Positions 1-8,780 are shown, counted from the stretch's first letter. The stretch is 11,868 bases of DNA from Chloroflexota bacterium (GCA_027593235.1 JAQCIU010000062.1:1-11868); one strand, 5' to 3'. Made by a program: numbers and translations. Notes: generated by a model not told the origin, from the sequence alone.

Positions 1-1
1 T

Positions 2-67
2 CGACAGACGCTCGGCTTCCATACACCATCAGAGAAGTTCGCCGAGGCTGTTGCGATGACCGCTTGA
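2..67 (+). CDS. IS30-family transposase, C-terminal 21 aa (5'-truncated by the window edge)
   Basis: Translation RQTLGFHTPSEKFAEAVAMTA*. Too short to appear in the ORF track. Confidence 0.8.
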   Translation, partial: RQTLGFHTPSEKFAEAVAMTA

Positions 68-74
68 GTCCGCA
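49..74. repeat. Right terminal inverted repeat (IRR) of the IS30-family element
   Basis: 26 bp with the TGTTGC...TTGA.TC..CA pattern of IS30-family ends. The partner IRL is outside the window, so the inverted pairing cannot be confirmed here. Confidence 0.75.
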
Positions 75-265
75 ACGGTTCGGTCTCGGTCTCTGGCGGA
101 TCGACCTCGAACGGCGCGCTCGGCAACGCGGTCGCGGCGGCGGCCGGTGGATCGCTGCAGGTCTGGCTCCAGGTCGCCTGTCAGGGCGAATCCAACGACT
201 GTGGCGCGGCGATCGACTTCGTGCGGCTCAACGTCCAGCTCGAGGATCTGCCGGCCAGCGTTTCG

Positions 266-1300
266 CTGCTGGTCAGCGGGGCGACGAACCGCTCGAACCC
301 GCAGGCGCTCGCGGGCGCCCAGCTCCAGGGCAACGCCTACATCTTCATCTCGCCGGACAGCGGCATCAGCCAGGTGCGCTTCTACCTCGATGACCCATCA
401 CGCACGACGCCGGTACGCGTCGAGAGCGCGGCGCCGTTCGACTTCGGCGGCACTGGCGCCTCGGGTGCTGGTGCGTGGAACGCGGATGGCGTGTCCGCCG
501 GATCGCACACCGTTTCGGCGGAGGTCGATTTCGGCAACGGCTCAAGCAGTGTGGTGAGCGCGACCTTCAACACGGGCACGGTCGCCCCAAGCGGGCCGAC
601 GCTGATGGTCAGCGGCAGTTCCAACCGATCGAACAGCGTGGCGCTCAGCGGCGCGTCACTGACCCAGAACGCGTACATCCATGTGTCGCCTGATAGCGGC
701 GTCAGCCAGGTGCGCTTCTTCCTTGATGACCCGACCCGCAGTTCGGCCGTGACGACCGAGTTCACGGCGCCGTACGACTTCCAGGGCACCGCCACCGGCG
801 GAGCCGCGGCGCCGTGGAACCCGGGGTCCGTCTCGGCCGGCAGCCACACGATTTCCGCGGAGGTCAGCTTCTCCAACGGATCCAGCAGCGTGCTGAACGA
901 GGCGTTCAGCACGGGTGGCGGCGGTACGCCGACGGCAACGCCGTCGGCGACGGCGACCAGCACGGCGCCAGCAGGCAACTACGACGTGTACGTCAGCGCG
1001 AACTCCAACCGCTCGAGTCCGGCGCTGCTGAACGGGCAGACGCTGTCCGGGAGCCAGTACGTCTTCATCCTCGATGACAGCGGTATCCAGCAGGCCCGCT
1101 TCTGGATCGACAACCGCAACCGCAACGGCGCGGCCGATCGCGTGGAAAACGTCACCCCCTTCGACCTGATGGGCGGCAGCGCGACGCAGGCAGGCGCACT
1201 GAATACCAGCAACCTGAGCACCGGCACCCACTGGGTGACCGTTGAACTGGACACCGCCGGCGGCACGCAGGTGGTCGAGGGTTCCTTCGATGTCGCCTCG
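266..1300 (+). repeat. Three tandem ~105-aa beta-rich (Ig/Big-like) modules starting at about 266, 602 and 986
   Basis: Shared pattern VS..SNRS....L.G..L....Y(I/V).(I/V)..DSG(I/V).Q.RF.(L/I)D......E...P(F/Y)D..G.......N...(V/L)S.G.H.(V/I)..E(V/L)....G...V....F. Copies 1 and 2 share DNA identity, e.g. agcggc(a/g)tcagccaggtgcgcttct near 359 and 695. Confidence 0.9.
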
Positions 1301-1333
1301 GGCGGCAGCGGCGGTGGTGGCGGCGGCGGCGGG
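1301..1333 (+). repeat. Poly-Gly linker (GGSGGGGGGGG) between the Ig-like repeats and the beta-helix
   Basis: ggcggcagcggcggtggtggcggcggcggcggg, read directly from the sequence. Confidence 0.85.
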
Positions 1334-2725
1334 GTCCCGATCCCGGCCGGCGCGATCCGGATCAACCCCGGTCAATCGATCCAGTCGGTGGTGAACGCGA
1401 ACCCCTCGGGAACGACGTTCGTCATCGGTAGTGGTGTGCACCGGATGCAGACGGTGGTGCCGAAGAACAACAACACGTTCATCGGCGAAGCCGGCACGAT
1501 CCTCAACGGATCGCGGGTGCTAACCAGCTGGAACGACGCGTGCAGCGGCCAGTACTACGCACCGAACCAGACGCAACAGGAAGGCCTCATCGGCGGCTGT
1601 AACTGGCGCGTCTCCGGACCCGGCGCGAACCGCTGCCAGTACGCGGAGCAGGTCTTCGTCAACGGCAACTCGCTGATGCAGGTGCTCAACCGGTCGCAAG
1701 TGACCGCGTCGACGTTCTACTTCGACTACGGAGCGGACCGGATCTACATCGGTCAGAACCCGAGCGGGAAGCAAATCGAGGCCAGCGTCTCGCAGCGGGC
1801 CTTCGGTGGCTCGGCCACCAACGTGACGATCTCCGGGCTGTTGGTCGAGAAGTACTCGACGCCAGCGCAGATGGGCGCGATCCAGACCTACAACGGTTGG
1901 ACGGTGACCAACAACGAGGTGCGGCTGAACCACGGTTACGGGATCCGCGGCACCAACAACACCAGCATCCTGAACAACTACGTCCATCACAACGGTGAGA
2001 TGGGCATCGGCGGCTCCGGGAGTGACCTGCTGCTGCAGGGCAACGAGATCGCCTACAACCACACCGAGGACTTCAACCTCGACTGGGAAGCCGGCGGCGT
2101 GAAGTTCACGACCGGTCGCAACCAGGTATTCCGTGACAACTACATCCATCACAACGATGGACGCGGTATCTGGACCGACCTGAACGTGATCGACGCGCTG
2201 GTCGAAGACAACGTGATCGAGAACAACGATTACGAGGGCATCAAGCACGAAATCGGATACGACATCGTGATCCGAAACAACACGGTGCGTTTCAACGGTA
2301 TCCCCCACGATGACTGGATCTGGGGCGCCCAGATCATGATTCAGAACAGCCGCAACGCGCAGGTCTACGGCAACAAGGTCTGGGTCTCCGCCAGCGGCGG
2401 TGACGGGATCGCGATCGCGGATCAGACGGGACGCGGCAGCGGCCAGTACGGCGCCCACGTGTCCAGCGGCAACATCATCCGCAACAACGAGCTGCACATG
2501 CTCGGCACGGTCGGTGATACCGGCCAGAACTGCGGCGCGGTGGGACAGGGCAACGTGTTCAACAACAACACGTACTACGGCTCGAGCCAGTACTTCAGCA
2601 GCGTTCGCCGGTTCATGACCTGCGACTGGAACAACTGGAACGAGTGGCGCCAGGAAGGCTACGAGGCCAACGGGTCGATCGTGATCACGAACTAGCCAGC
2701 GAGGTCATTCGACCGAACCGACACG

Positions 2726-2760
2726 AACGGGCGCCCCCAGGGGCGCCCGTTTTGTTGTGT
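2726..2760 (+). terminator. Rho-independent terminator after the beta-helix gene; may also act on the convergent cysN transcript
   Basis: Perfect 11-bp stem AACGGGCGCCC (2726-2736), loop CCAG, GGGCGCCCGTT (2741-2751), running into TTGTTGTGT. It starts 30 bp after the TAG stop. Confidence 0.85.
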
Positions 2761-2875
2761 GCACTGGGGCCCATGAGCGCCCGGGTACCAAGGCCGCGTG
2801 TGGCGCCGGAGCGCGGGGCGTTCGCCTCACTTGCCTACCTCACGTATCGGGGTGCATCGGGCAGGCCGCGGATGG

Positions 2876-4138
2876 TTAGCTGCTGGCCTCGGTGGAGAGG
2901 ATCATCCCGGCGCCGACGGTGCTGTTCGTCTGCTCATCGATCAGGATGAAGCTGCCGGTCCCGCGGTTCCGTCGGTACTCGTCCGCGAACAGCGGGAGCG
3001 TCGTCCGGAACTGGATCCGCCCGATCTCGTTGAGCTGCAGCTCGCTGGCCTGCTGGTCGCGGTGCAGCGTGTTCACGTCGATGCGGTAGCGCACGTCGCG
3101 CACGAGCGCGCGGGCCACCCGCGAGGTCTGCTTGATCACGTACTTCGCGCCCTCGCGCAGCGCGGTCTGGTCGGTCATCCAGCAGACCATCGCATCCACG
3201 TCCTGCGAGGCGTGTGGCCGGTTCCCGGGGCGGCAGATCATTTCGCCGCGTGAGACGTCCAGGTCGTCCGTCAGGCGGATCGTGACCGCCATCGGTGGGT
3301 AGGCCTCGGCGACGGGGCCGTCGTAGCTGTCGATCGCCTCGATGGTGGTGGTGAACCCGGAGGGGAGTACGACCACCTCGTCGCCGGGGCGCATCACGCC
3401 GCCAGTGACGGTGCCGGCATAGCCGCGATAGTCGTGGTGCTCGCCGCTCATCGGACGGATCACGTATTGCACCGGGAACCGCGCGTCGATCAGGTTGCGG
3501 TCGGAGGCGATGTGCACCTCCTCCAGGTGGTGAAGCAGCGTCGCGCCCTGGTACCAGGGGGTGTTCGTCGAGCGATCGACGACGTTGTCGCCCTTCAGCG
3601 CGGAGACCGGGATGAAGGTGATATCGGCGACGTGGAAGCGGCTGGCGAAGGCCGTGAACTCCGCGCGGATCCGTTCGAAGACCGCCTCGTCCCAGTCGAC
3701 GAGGTCCATCTTGTTCACGCAGACCACGAAGTGCGGAATCCCCAGCAACGATGCGATGAAGGCGTGCCGGCGCGACTGCTCCACCATGCCGTGGCGGGCG
3801 TCGATCAGGATCAGCGCGAGGTCGGCGGTGGACGCACCGGTGACCATGTTGCGGGTGTACTGAATGTGGCCGGGCGTGTCCGCGATGATGAACTTCCGAC
3901 GTGGCGTCGAGAAGTAGCGGTAGGCGACGTCGATCGTGATGCCCTGCTCGCGCTCGGCGCGCAGGCCGTCGGTCAGCAGCGCGAGGTCCGTGTACTCGTC
4001 ACCGCGGTTGGAGCTGGCCAGCTCCACGGCGTCCCACTGATCCTGGAAGATCGATTTGGCGTCGTAGAGCATCCGGCCGATCAACGTGCTCTTGCCGTCG
4101 TCCACTGAGCCGACGGTGCAGAAGCGGAGCATCTCCAC
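2876..4138 (-). CDS. cysN: Sulfate adenylyltransferase subunit 1 (GTPase subunit of ATP sulfurylase), without a fused APS kinase domain
   Basis: LRFCTVGSVDDGKSTLIGR (G1), DLALLTDGLRAEREQGITIDVAYRYFST, IADTPGHIQYTRNMVTGAS (G3), VNKMD (G4), PVSAL (G5) and a C-terminal TGSFILIDEQTNSTVGAGMI. The protein is 420 aa. Its GTG start overlaps the cysD stop (TAGTG), with GAGGG upstream. Confidence 0.97.
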   Translation of the reverse strand: MEMLRFCTVGSVDDGKSTLIGRMLYDAKSIFQDQWDAVELASSNRGDEYTDLALLTDGLRAEREQGITIDVAYRYFSTPRRKFIIADTPGHIQYTRNMVTGASTADLALILIDARHGMVEQSRRHAFIASLLGIPHFVVCVNKMDLVDWDEAVFERIRAEFTAFASRFHVADITFIPVSALKGDNVVDRSTNTPWYQGATLLHHLEEVHIASDRNLIDARFPVQYVIRPMSGEHHDYRGYAGTVTGGVMRPGDEVVVLPSGFTTTIEAIDSYDGPVAEAYPPMAVTIRLTDDLDVSRGEMICRPGNRPHASQDVDAMVCWMTDQTALREGAKYVIKQTSRVARALVRDVRYRIDVNTLHRDQQASELQLNEIGRIQFRTTLPLFADEYRRNRGTGSFILIDEQTNSTVGAGMILSTEASS

Positions 4139-5067
4139 TAGAAGTATCCCTCGCGCTTGCGGTCTTCCATCGCCGCCTCGGAGAACCGATCGTCGGCGCG
4201 GGTCTCCCCGCGCTCGGTGATGCGGGTGGCCGCGATCTCCGCGATCACCGTCTCCAGCGTGGCCGCCTCGGAGGCGACGGCAGCGGTACAGGTCATGTCA
4301 CCAACGGTGCGGAACCGCACCCGCGCGTCGAAGACCGGTTCGTCCGCGTTCGGGGTGAGGAACGGGCTGACCGGCATCAGCATCCCATCGCGTTTGAAGA
4401 CCGGGCGTTCGTGCGCCAGGTAGATCGAGGGGATCTCGAAGCCTTCTTCCTGGATGTATTGCCAGATGTCCAGCTCGGTCCAGTTGGAGATCGGGAACAC
4501 GCGGATGTTTTCGCCCTGGCGGTGCCGGCCGTTGTAGAGGTTCCACAGCTCCGGACGCTGGTTCTTTGGATCCCATTGCCCGAACTCGTCGCGGAAGGAG
4601 TACACGCGCTCCTTGGCGCGCGCCTTCTCCTCGTCACGGCGGGCGCCACCGAAGGCTGCATCGATCTTGTGCTGCGCGATCGTCTCCAGCAGGATCGGCG
4701 TCTGCAGCCGGTTGCGGGTCGCGCGCGGTCCGGTCTCGTCGACCAGCCGGCCCTCGTCGATCGCCTGCTGCACCGAGCCGACGATCAAGCGCAGGCCCAA
4801 CTCTTCCGCGCGGCGATCGCGAAATTCGAGAACCTCGGGGAAGTTATGTCCGGTGTCGACGTGCACGACCGGGAACGGGATGCGGCCGGGCCAGAAGGCC
4901 TTTTCAGCGAGCCGCAGCATCACGATCGAGTCTTTGCCGCCGGAGAACAGCAGCCCGGGGCGTTCGAACTCGGCGACCACTTCACGAAAGATGTGGATCG
5001 ATTCGGACTCAAGCTGGCGCAGATGGCTCAGCTCATACGTCTGCAAGGACGGTGACGGCTCGCTCAC
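4138..5067 (-). CDS. cysD: Sulfate adenylyltransferase subunit 2
   Basis: LSHLRQLESESIHIFREV, PP-loop LFSGGKDSIVML, HVDTGHNFPE, AAFGGARRDEEKARAKERVYSFRD, WDPKNQRPELW, RVFPISNWTELDIWQYI, VRFRTVGD and a C-terminal MEDRKREGYF. An AGGA lies upstream of the GTG start. Confidence 0.97.
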   Translation of the reverse strand: MSEPSPSLQTYELSHLRQLESESIHIFREVVAEFERPGLLFSGGKDSIVMLRLAEKAFWPGRIPFPVVHVDTGHNFPEVLEFRDRRAEELGLRLIVGSVQQAIDEGRLVDETGPRATRNRLQTPILLETIAQHKIDAAFGGARRDEEKARAKERVYSFRDEFGQWDPKNQRPELWNLYNGRHRQGENIRVFPISNWTELDIWQYIQEEGFEIPSIYLAHERPVFKRDGMLMPVSPFLTPNADEPVFDARVRFRTVGDMTCTAAVASEAATLETVIAEIAATRITERGETRADDRFSEAAMEDRKREGYF

Positions 5068-5190
5068 GTTGATCCTGATCTACACAATCGAGTGATGGTG
5101 GGCGGCAGGGCGAGCACGGCACGCCTCGGTGTTCGTCAGATCCTCGACGGTTCGACAGGCACCGACAACCCGCGCCGTGCGAGTGCACCA

Positions 5191-5200
5191 ATCTTACCCA
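5191..5200 (-). promoter_or_regulatory. Candidate -10 element (TGGG-TAAGAT) for cysDN
   Basis: Minus-strand TAAGAT fits TAnnnT and lies ~125 bp upstream of cysD in otherwise GC-rich DNA. No recognisable -35 element. Confidence 0.3.
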
Positions 5201-5666
5201 CTGTGCGCGGGGGCCCGACACCGCGGCCGACCGGCCGCTCCGATGCCGCGCCCAACATCGCGCGCCGCCGGCAGGTCTCCGAGGTTGTTCTTCCGCTGCT
5301 CATACCTGACGGCAACCCGCTGCTTCCTACGATCCGATCACGCCGGCAGCACCCGCTGACCGCGCCGAGAGGACGCTGCGTGACCGAGCCATCCGTCCAC
5401 GCCACACGCCCGCGGATCGGCACGCGCACGACCGCGTACCGCAGCCCTCGCGGGCGCTCGATCGTCGGACGGCGAGGGCCGTCGGCACGTGGCGAGTGGC
5501 GGTCGCTCCGATCCTTGCCGATGATTGTTCGGTCCACGCCCAGCGGCGATACGCGGTCGAGTACCGTGATTCGACCCGCGCTCCGGTGGCAATACACCCT
5601 GCCAATGTCTAACGGTGACTACACCATGACCAGCCCGCAGCAGCGAACGACGGAACGGTCCGCGCG

Positions 5667-7481
5667 ATGATGCGACGAGGCCGCGTACCCGTAACCCCGC
5701 GCTGGGGATCGACCCTCCGCGGCATGGGCCGTGTCTTCCGTCCCTACCGCTGGCAGATCGCGGCGATGATGTCGCTCACGCTGGTCTCGGTCGCCCTCGA
5801 GCTGGCGCCCACGCTGCTGATCGGCCTGCTGATCGGCGACACCGTCGAGGAGGTCGCCGCCGGTGAGATCCCGGATCAGACGCGTCTGTTCCTGCTCTTC
5901 GGCATCATCGTCGCGCTCTACGTCCTGTCGGCGCTGCTCAGCGTGCTCTCCTCCTACGTGGAAACGACCACGGGCAACGGCGTCATGTTCGACGTGCGCC
6001 AGCAGATGTACGACCACCTGAACCGGCTCTCGATCCACTTCTTCACCTCCACCCGCACCGGCGAGATCCTGTCGCGGGTGTCCACGGACGTGAACGGGGT
6101 GCAGGGCGTAATTACGCTCGCCTTCGCCGGCTGGGTCAGCAGTTTCGCGACCCTGGCGACGGCGCTCGGGATCATGATCTACCTGGACTGGCGACTCTCG
6201 ATCATCGCCGCAATCGTGCTGGTGGTCTGGATCGTGCCGATGTGGCGGGTTGGCCAGCACATGCGCGGGCTGCAGCGGCAGTGGCAAGAAGAAGCCGCCG
6301 ACATGCAGGCACACCTGCAGGAGACGCTCTCTGTCTCCGGCATGATGATGGTCCGCTCCTTTGGCCGCCGCGAGCACGAGCAGAGGCGCTTCGACGAGAC
6401 CAACCAACTGCTGCGGACGCTGGCGATCCGACGCTTGATGTCGAGCCGCTGGTTCTACCTCGCGACCCGACTGTTCGGGGCGGTCTCGCTCGCTCTCGTC
6501 TACTGGTGGGGCGCGCGCGGCATCAGCGATGGATCGCTTGGCCTCGCCGAGGTGATCACCTTCGCGCTGCTGACCCAACGGGTGTTCGGCCCGTTCTCGC
6601 AGCTTTCGCAGATCAACACGCAGCTCATCTCCTCGGTCGCGCTGTTCCAGCGCATCTTCGAGTACCTCGATATGTCCGTGGAGATCGACGAACGACCGGA
6701 CGCGGTGGAACTGACCAACGCACGCGGGGTGGTCGCGTTCGAGGGCGTGACTTTCGCTTACGACGAGGAAGCGGTCCCAGCACTCCAGAACGTCAGCTTC
6801 CGGCTCGAGCCCGGCCAAATGGCGGCGATCGTCGGTCCGTCCGGCGCGGGCAAGACCACGATCACGTACATGCTCCAGCGGTTCTACGACCCGAATGAGG
6901 GTCGCGTCACGCTGGATGGACACGACCTGCGCGACCTGACGATGGCCTCCATCTCGGGTGCGGTTGGTGTCGTTGCGCAGGACACGACGCTCTTCTTCAG
7001 CTCGCTGCGCGACAACATTCGCTACGGACGGCTCGACGCAACCGACGAGGAGATCGAGCTGGCGGCGCGAGCCGCCGGTCTCGGCGACCTGATGGACGAC
7101 CTGCCGGCGGGGCTCGACACAGTCGTCGGCGAACGCGGCTACCGGCTCTCCGGTGGTGAGAAGCAGCGCGTCTCGATCGCCCGCGCGATCCTCAAGGACC
7201 CGCCGGTGCTGATCATGGACGAGGCAACCGCCTCGCTGGACTCGCGATTGGAAGCGGAGATTCGCCGCGCGACGGAACGGCTGGCGAAGGGCCGCACGAC
7301 GCTGGTGATCGCCCACCGGCTCTCCACCGTGATCGCGGCGGACGTGATCCTCGTCGTCGAGGGCGGCCAGGTCGTGGAACGCGGGACGCACGCGGAGCTG
7401 CTCAAGCAGGAAGGGCTCTACGCCACGCTCTACCGATCGCAGTTCGCGCGCTCGGACGACGCGATCGCGGTCAACCAGTAG
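5667..7481 (+). CDS. ABC exporter, fused transmembrane and ATP-binding domains (MsbA/MdlB-like, type IV)
   Basis: Hydrophobic N-terminal domain containing FFTSTRTGEILSRVSTDV; Walker A GPSGAGKT; LQRFYDP; Q-loop VAQD; signature LSGGEKQR; Walker B VLIMDEAT; H-loop IAHRLS. All motifs are consensus. The exact start is uncertain. Confidence 0.95.
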   Translation: MMRRGRVPVTPRWGSTLRGMGRVFRPYRWQIAAMMSLTLVSVALELAPTLLIGLLIGDTVEEVAAGEIPDQTRLFLLFGIIVALYVLSALLSVLSSYVETTTGNGVMFDVRQQMYDHLNRLSIHFFTSTRTGEILSRVSTDVNGVQGVITLAFAGWVSSFATLATALGIMIYLDWRLSIIAAIVLVVWIVPMWRVGQHMRGLQRQWQEEAADMQAHLQETLSVSGMMMVRSFGRREHEQRRFDETNQLLRTLAIRRLMSSRWFYLATRLFGAVSLALVYWWGARGISDGSLGLAEVITFALLTQRVFGPFSQLSQINTQLISSVALFQRIFEYLDMSVEIDERPDAVELTNARGVVAFEGVTFAYDEEAVPALQNVSFRLEPGQMAAIVGPSGAGKTTITYMLQRFYDPNEGRVTLDGHDLRDLTMASISGAVGVVAQDTTLFFSSLRDNIRYGRLDATDEEIELAARAAGLGDLMDDLPAGLDTVVGERGYRLSGGEKQRVSIARAILKDPPVLIMDEATASLDSRLEAEIRRATERLAKGRTTLVIAHRLSTVIAADVILVVEGGQVVERGTHAELLKQEGLYATLYRSQFARSDDAIAVNQ

Positions 7482-7618
7482 CGCGGCGCCGCCATTCACC
7501 GGATGCGCAGCCGACCCCTCAAACGCTCGCGGCCCGGCGAGGGCACGCCACTGTCCGGCCGCGATGCGCGAACCCCTCGGGAGCGCTCGCCTCGGCAGCG
7601 GATGTGCGGTTCGAACGG

Positions 7619-8758
7619 ATGAGTACGCCGGCCGTGTTGCTGATCCGCACGTTGCCGCACCAGCAGAACCGATCGATGGATCGCTACGCCGATGAGCTGG
7701 GCGACGCGCTGCGACAGCGCGACGACCTGAGCTTTCGCGAGACCACGCTGCAGCCGGCCGGCTGGGCACGCTCCGGCTTCGCGCGCGCCATGGACCGGCG
7801 GATTGCGCGCTTCGTGCGCTACCGCCGTCACGTCGGCCGGCAGCGCGCGGACATCTATCACCTGATGGATCACACCCAGGCCGACCTGATCGGCGCGCTG
7901 CCGGCGGAGCGCACCGTGGTGACCTGCCACGATCTGATGCTGTTGCGCGCGGAGCACGAGGCGTTCGGGTTTCGCGGCAGCCGCGCCGCGGTGCGGCTGT
8001 TCCGCTGGCGTGTCGGGCACCTCCGGCAGGTGGCGCACGTGGCCTGCATCAGCGAGCAGACGCGGCAGGACCTGATTGAGCTGGTGGGTGTCGACCCGGA
8101 GCGCACCAGCGTCATTCCCAACGGCGTCGACCCGCGTTTCCTGCCGTTCGCCGCTGATCGCCGCGCCGCGCTGCGGAGCGCCGTCGCGTCACCCGGGGCA
8201 ACGATCCTGCTGCACGTGTCCACCGGCGACGCCTACAAGAACGTGGAGGGCACCCTGCGCACGCTGGCCGCGCTGCGGGCGGACGGCCGCGCGGTGCGGT
8301 TGCTGCGCGCGGGGCGGCCGCTGACGCCCGCTCAGGCGATGCTGGCGGGCGAGCTGGGCGTCATCGGGGCGATCAGCGACCTGGGACGGGTCCCGGACGA
8401 GCGATTGGTCGAGCTGTACAACCTGGCGGACGTGCTGCTGTTCCCGTCGCACTACGAGGGTTTCGGCTGGCCGCCGCTGGAGGCGATGGCCTGCGGCACG
8501 CCGGTGGTGACCTCGCGCGCCGCGGCGCTGCTCGAGGTCAGCGGCGACGCCGCCCTGCACGCGCCCGCGGACGATCCGACGGCGTTGGCCGCCGCGGTAC
8601 GCTCGATCCTCGATGACCGTGGCCTCGCGGAACGGCTCGCTGCCGCGGGCCTCGCGCGCGCGGCTGGGTACCGCTGGGCGGACACGGCAGCGGCGTTTGC
8701 GGCGGTCTACCAGCGCGTGCTGGCCGCCGACCCGACGCGATATCGTTTGCCTGACTGA
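7619..8758 (+). CDS. Glycosyltransferase family 4 (GT-B, retaining)
   Basis: SMDRYA, VVTCHDL, VIPNGVD, YKNVEG, LGRVPDERLVELYNLADVLLFPSHYEGFGWPPLEAMACGTPVVTS (EX7E motif). The start is either ATG 7619 or GTG 7604. Confidence 0.95.
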   Translation: MSTPAVLLIRTLPHQQNRSMDRYADELGDALRQRDDLSFRETTLQPAGWARSGFARAMDRRIARFVRYRRHVGRQRADIYHLMDHTQADLIGALPAERTVVTCHDLMLLRAEHEAFGFRGSRAAVRLFRWRVGHLRQVAHVACISEQTRQDLIELVGVDPERTSVIPNGVDPRFLPFAADRRAALRSAVASPGATILLHVSTGDAYKNVEGTLRTLAALRADGRAVRLLRAGRPLTPAQAMLAGELGVIGAISDLGRVPDERLVELYNLADVLLFPSHYEGFGWPPLEAMACGTPVVTSRAAALLEVSGDAALHAPADDPTALAAAVRSILDDRGLAERLAAAGLARAAGYRWADTAAAFAAVYQRVLAADPTRYRLPD

Positions 8759-8780
8759 ACATTTCGCCTGACTGACCATT
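8746..8780. repeat. 17-bp imperfect tandem direct repeat spanning the GT4 stop codon
   Basis: tttgcctgactgaacat (8746-8762) and ttcgcctgactgaccat (8763-8779) differ at 2 positions. Confidence 0.7.

Larger units (their letters stand above)
1..74 (+). mobile_element. Right end of an IS30-family insertion sequence (partial; the rest lies left of the window)
   Basis: Frame 2 reads RQTLGFHTPSEKFAEAVAMTA* (TGA at 65-67), matching the IS30-family transposase C-terminal pattern (N.RPR.TLG..TP.E...). The stop codon lies inside a 26-bp terminus, 49-74 TGTTGCGATGACCGCTTGAGTCCGCA, which aligns without gaps to the E. coli IS30 right end as recalled (TGTTGCATTGACAGATTGAATCTACA). Confidence 0.85.
75..2695 (+). 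pseudogene. 3' part of a large, probably secreted or surface protein (3 Ig-like repeats plus a right-handed parallel beta-helix, pectin-lyase-like fold), apparently interrupted by the IS30 element. The ORF track calls it 221..2695.
   Basis: The frame is open and protein-like from the IS end (GSVSVSGGSTSNGALGNAVAAAAGGSLQVWLQVACQGESNDCGAAIDFVRLNVQLED...). The GTG at 221 is internal to this stretch, has no Shine-Dalgarno sequence and is not followed by a signal peptide. The C-terminal part has Asn-ladder beta-helix coils ([65 protein letters not shown]). The CDS itself is near certain; pseudogene status is inferred. Confidence 0.75.

Noticed and set aside
64-95. Outward-facing -35-like TTGAGT in the IS end that could form a hybrid promoter
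   Set aside because: No TAnnnT -10 element at 16-18 bp spacing in the flanking sequence.
382-2497. Minus-strand ORFs (198, 261, 128 and 325 aa) opposite the beta-helix gene
   Set aside because: Antisense shadows. The V/D-rich pattern simply mirrors the AAC, ATC and GAC codons of the real gene.
5270-5330. CTGACGGCAACCC resembles part of the SAM-I/SAM-IV riboswitch core near sulfur genes
   Set aside because: It is on the wrong strand for cysD, and I could not find the other conserved riboswitch elements. An Rfam scan would settle it.
5092-5670. 192-aa plus-strand ORF and 153/92/84-aa minus-strand ORFs in the divergent intergenic region
   Set aside because: Arg/Pro/Ser-rich composition typical of non-coding GC-rich DNA, with no RBS or motifs. 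Only the last 14-21 codons were kept as a possible uORF.
5619-7769. 716-aa antisense ORF opposite the ABC exporter
   Set aside because: Shadow ORF of a high-GC gene with strong codon bias. It has no motifs and fully overlaps a confident CDS.
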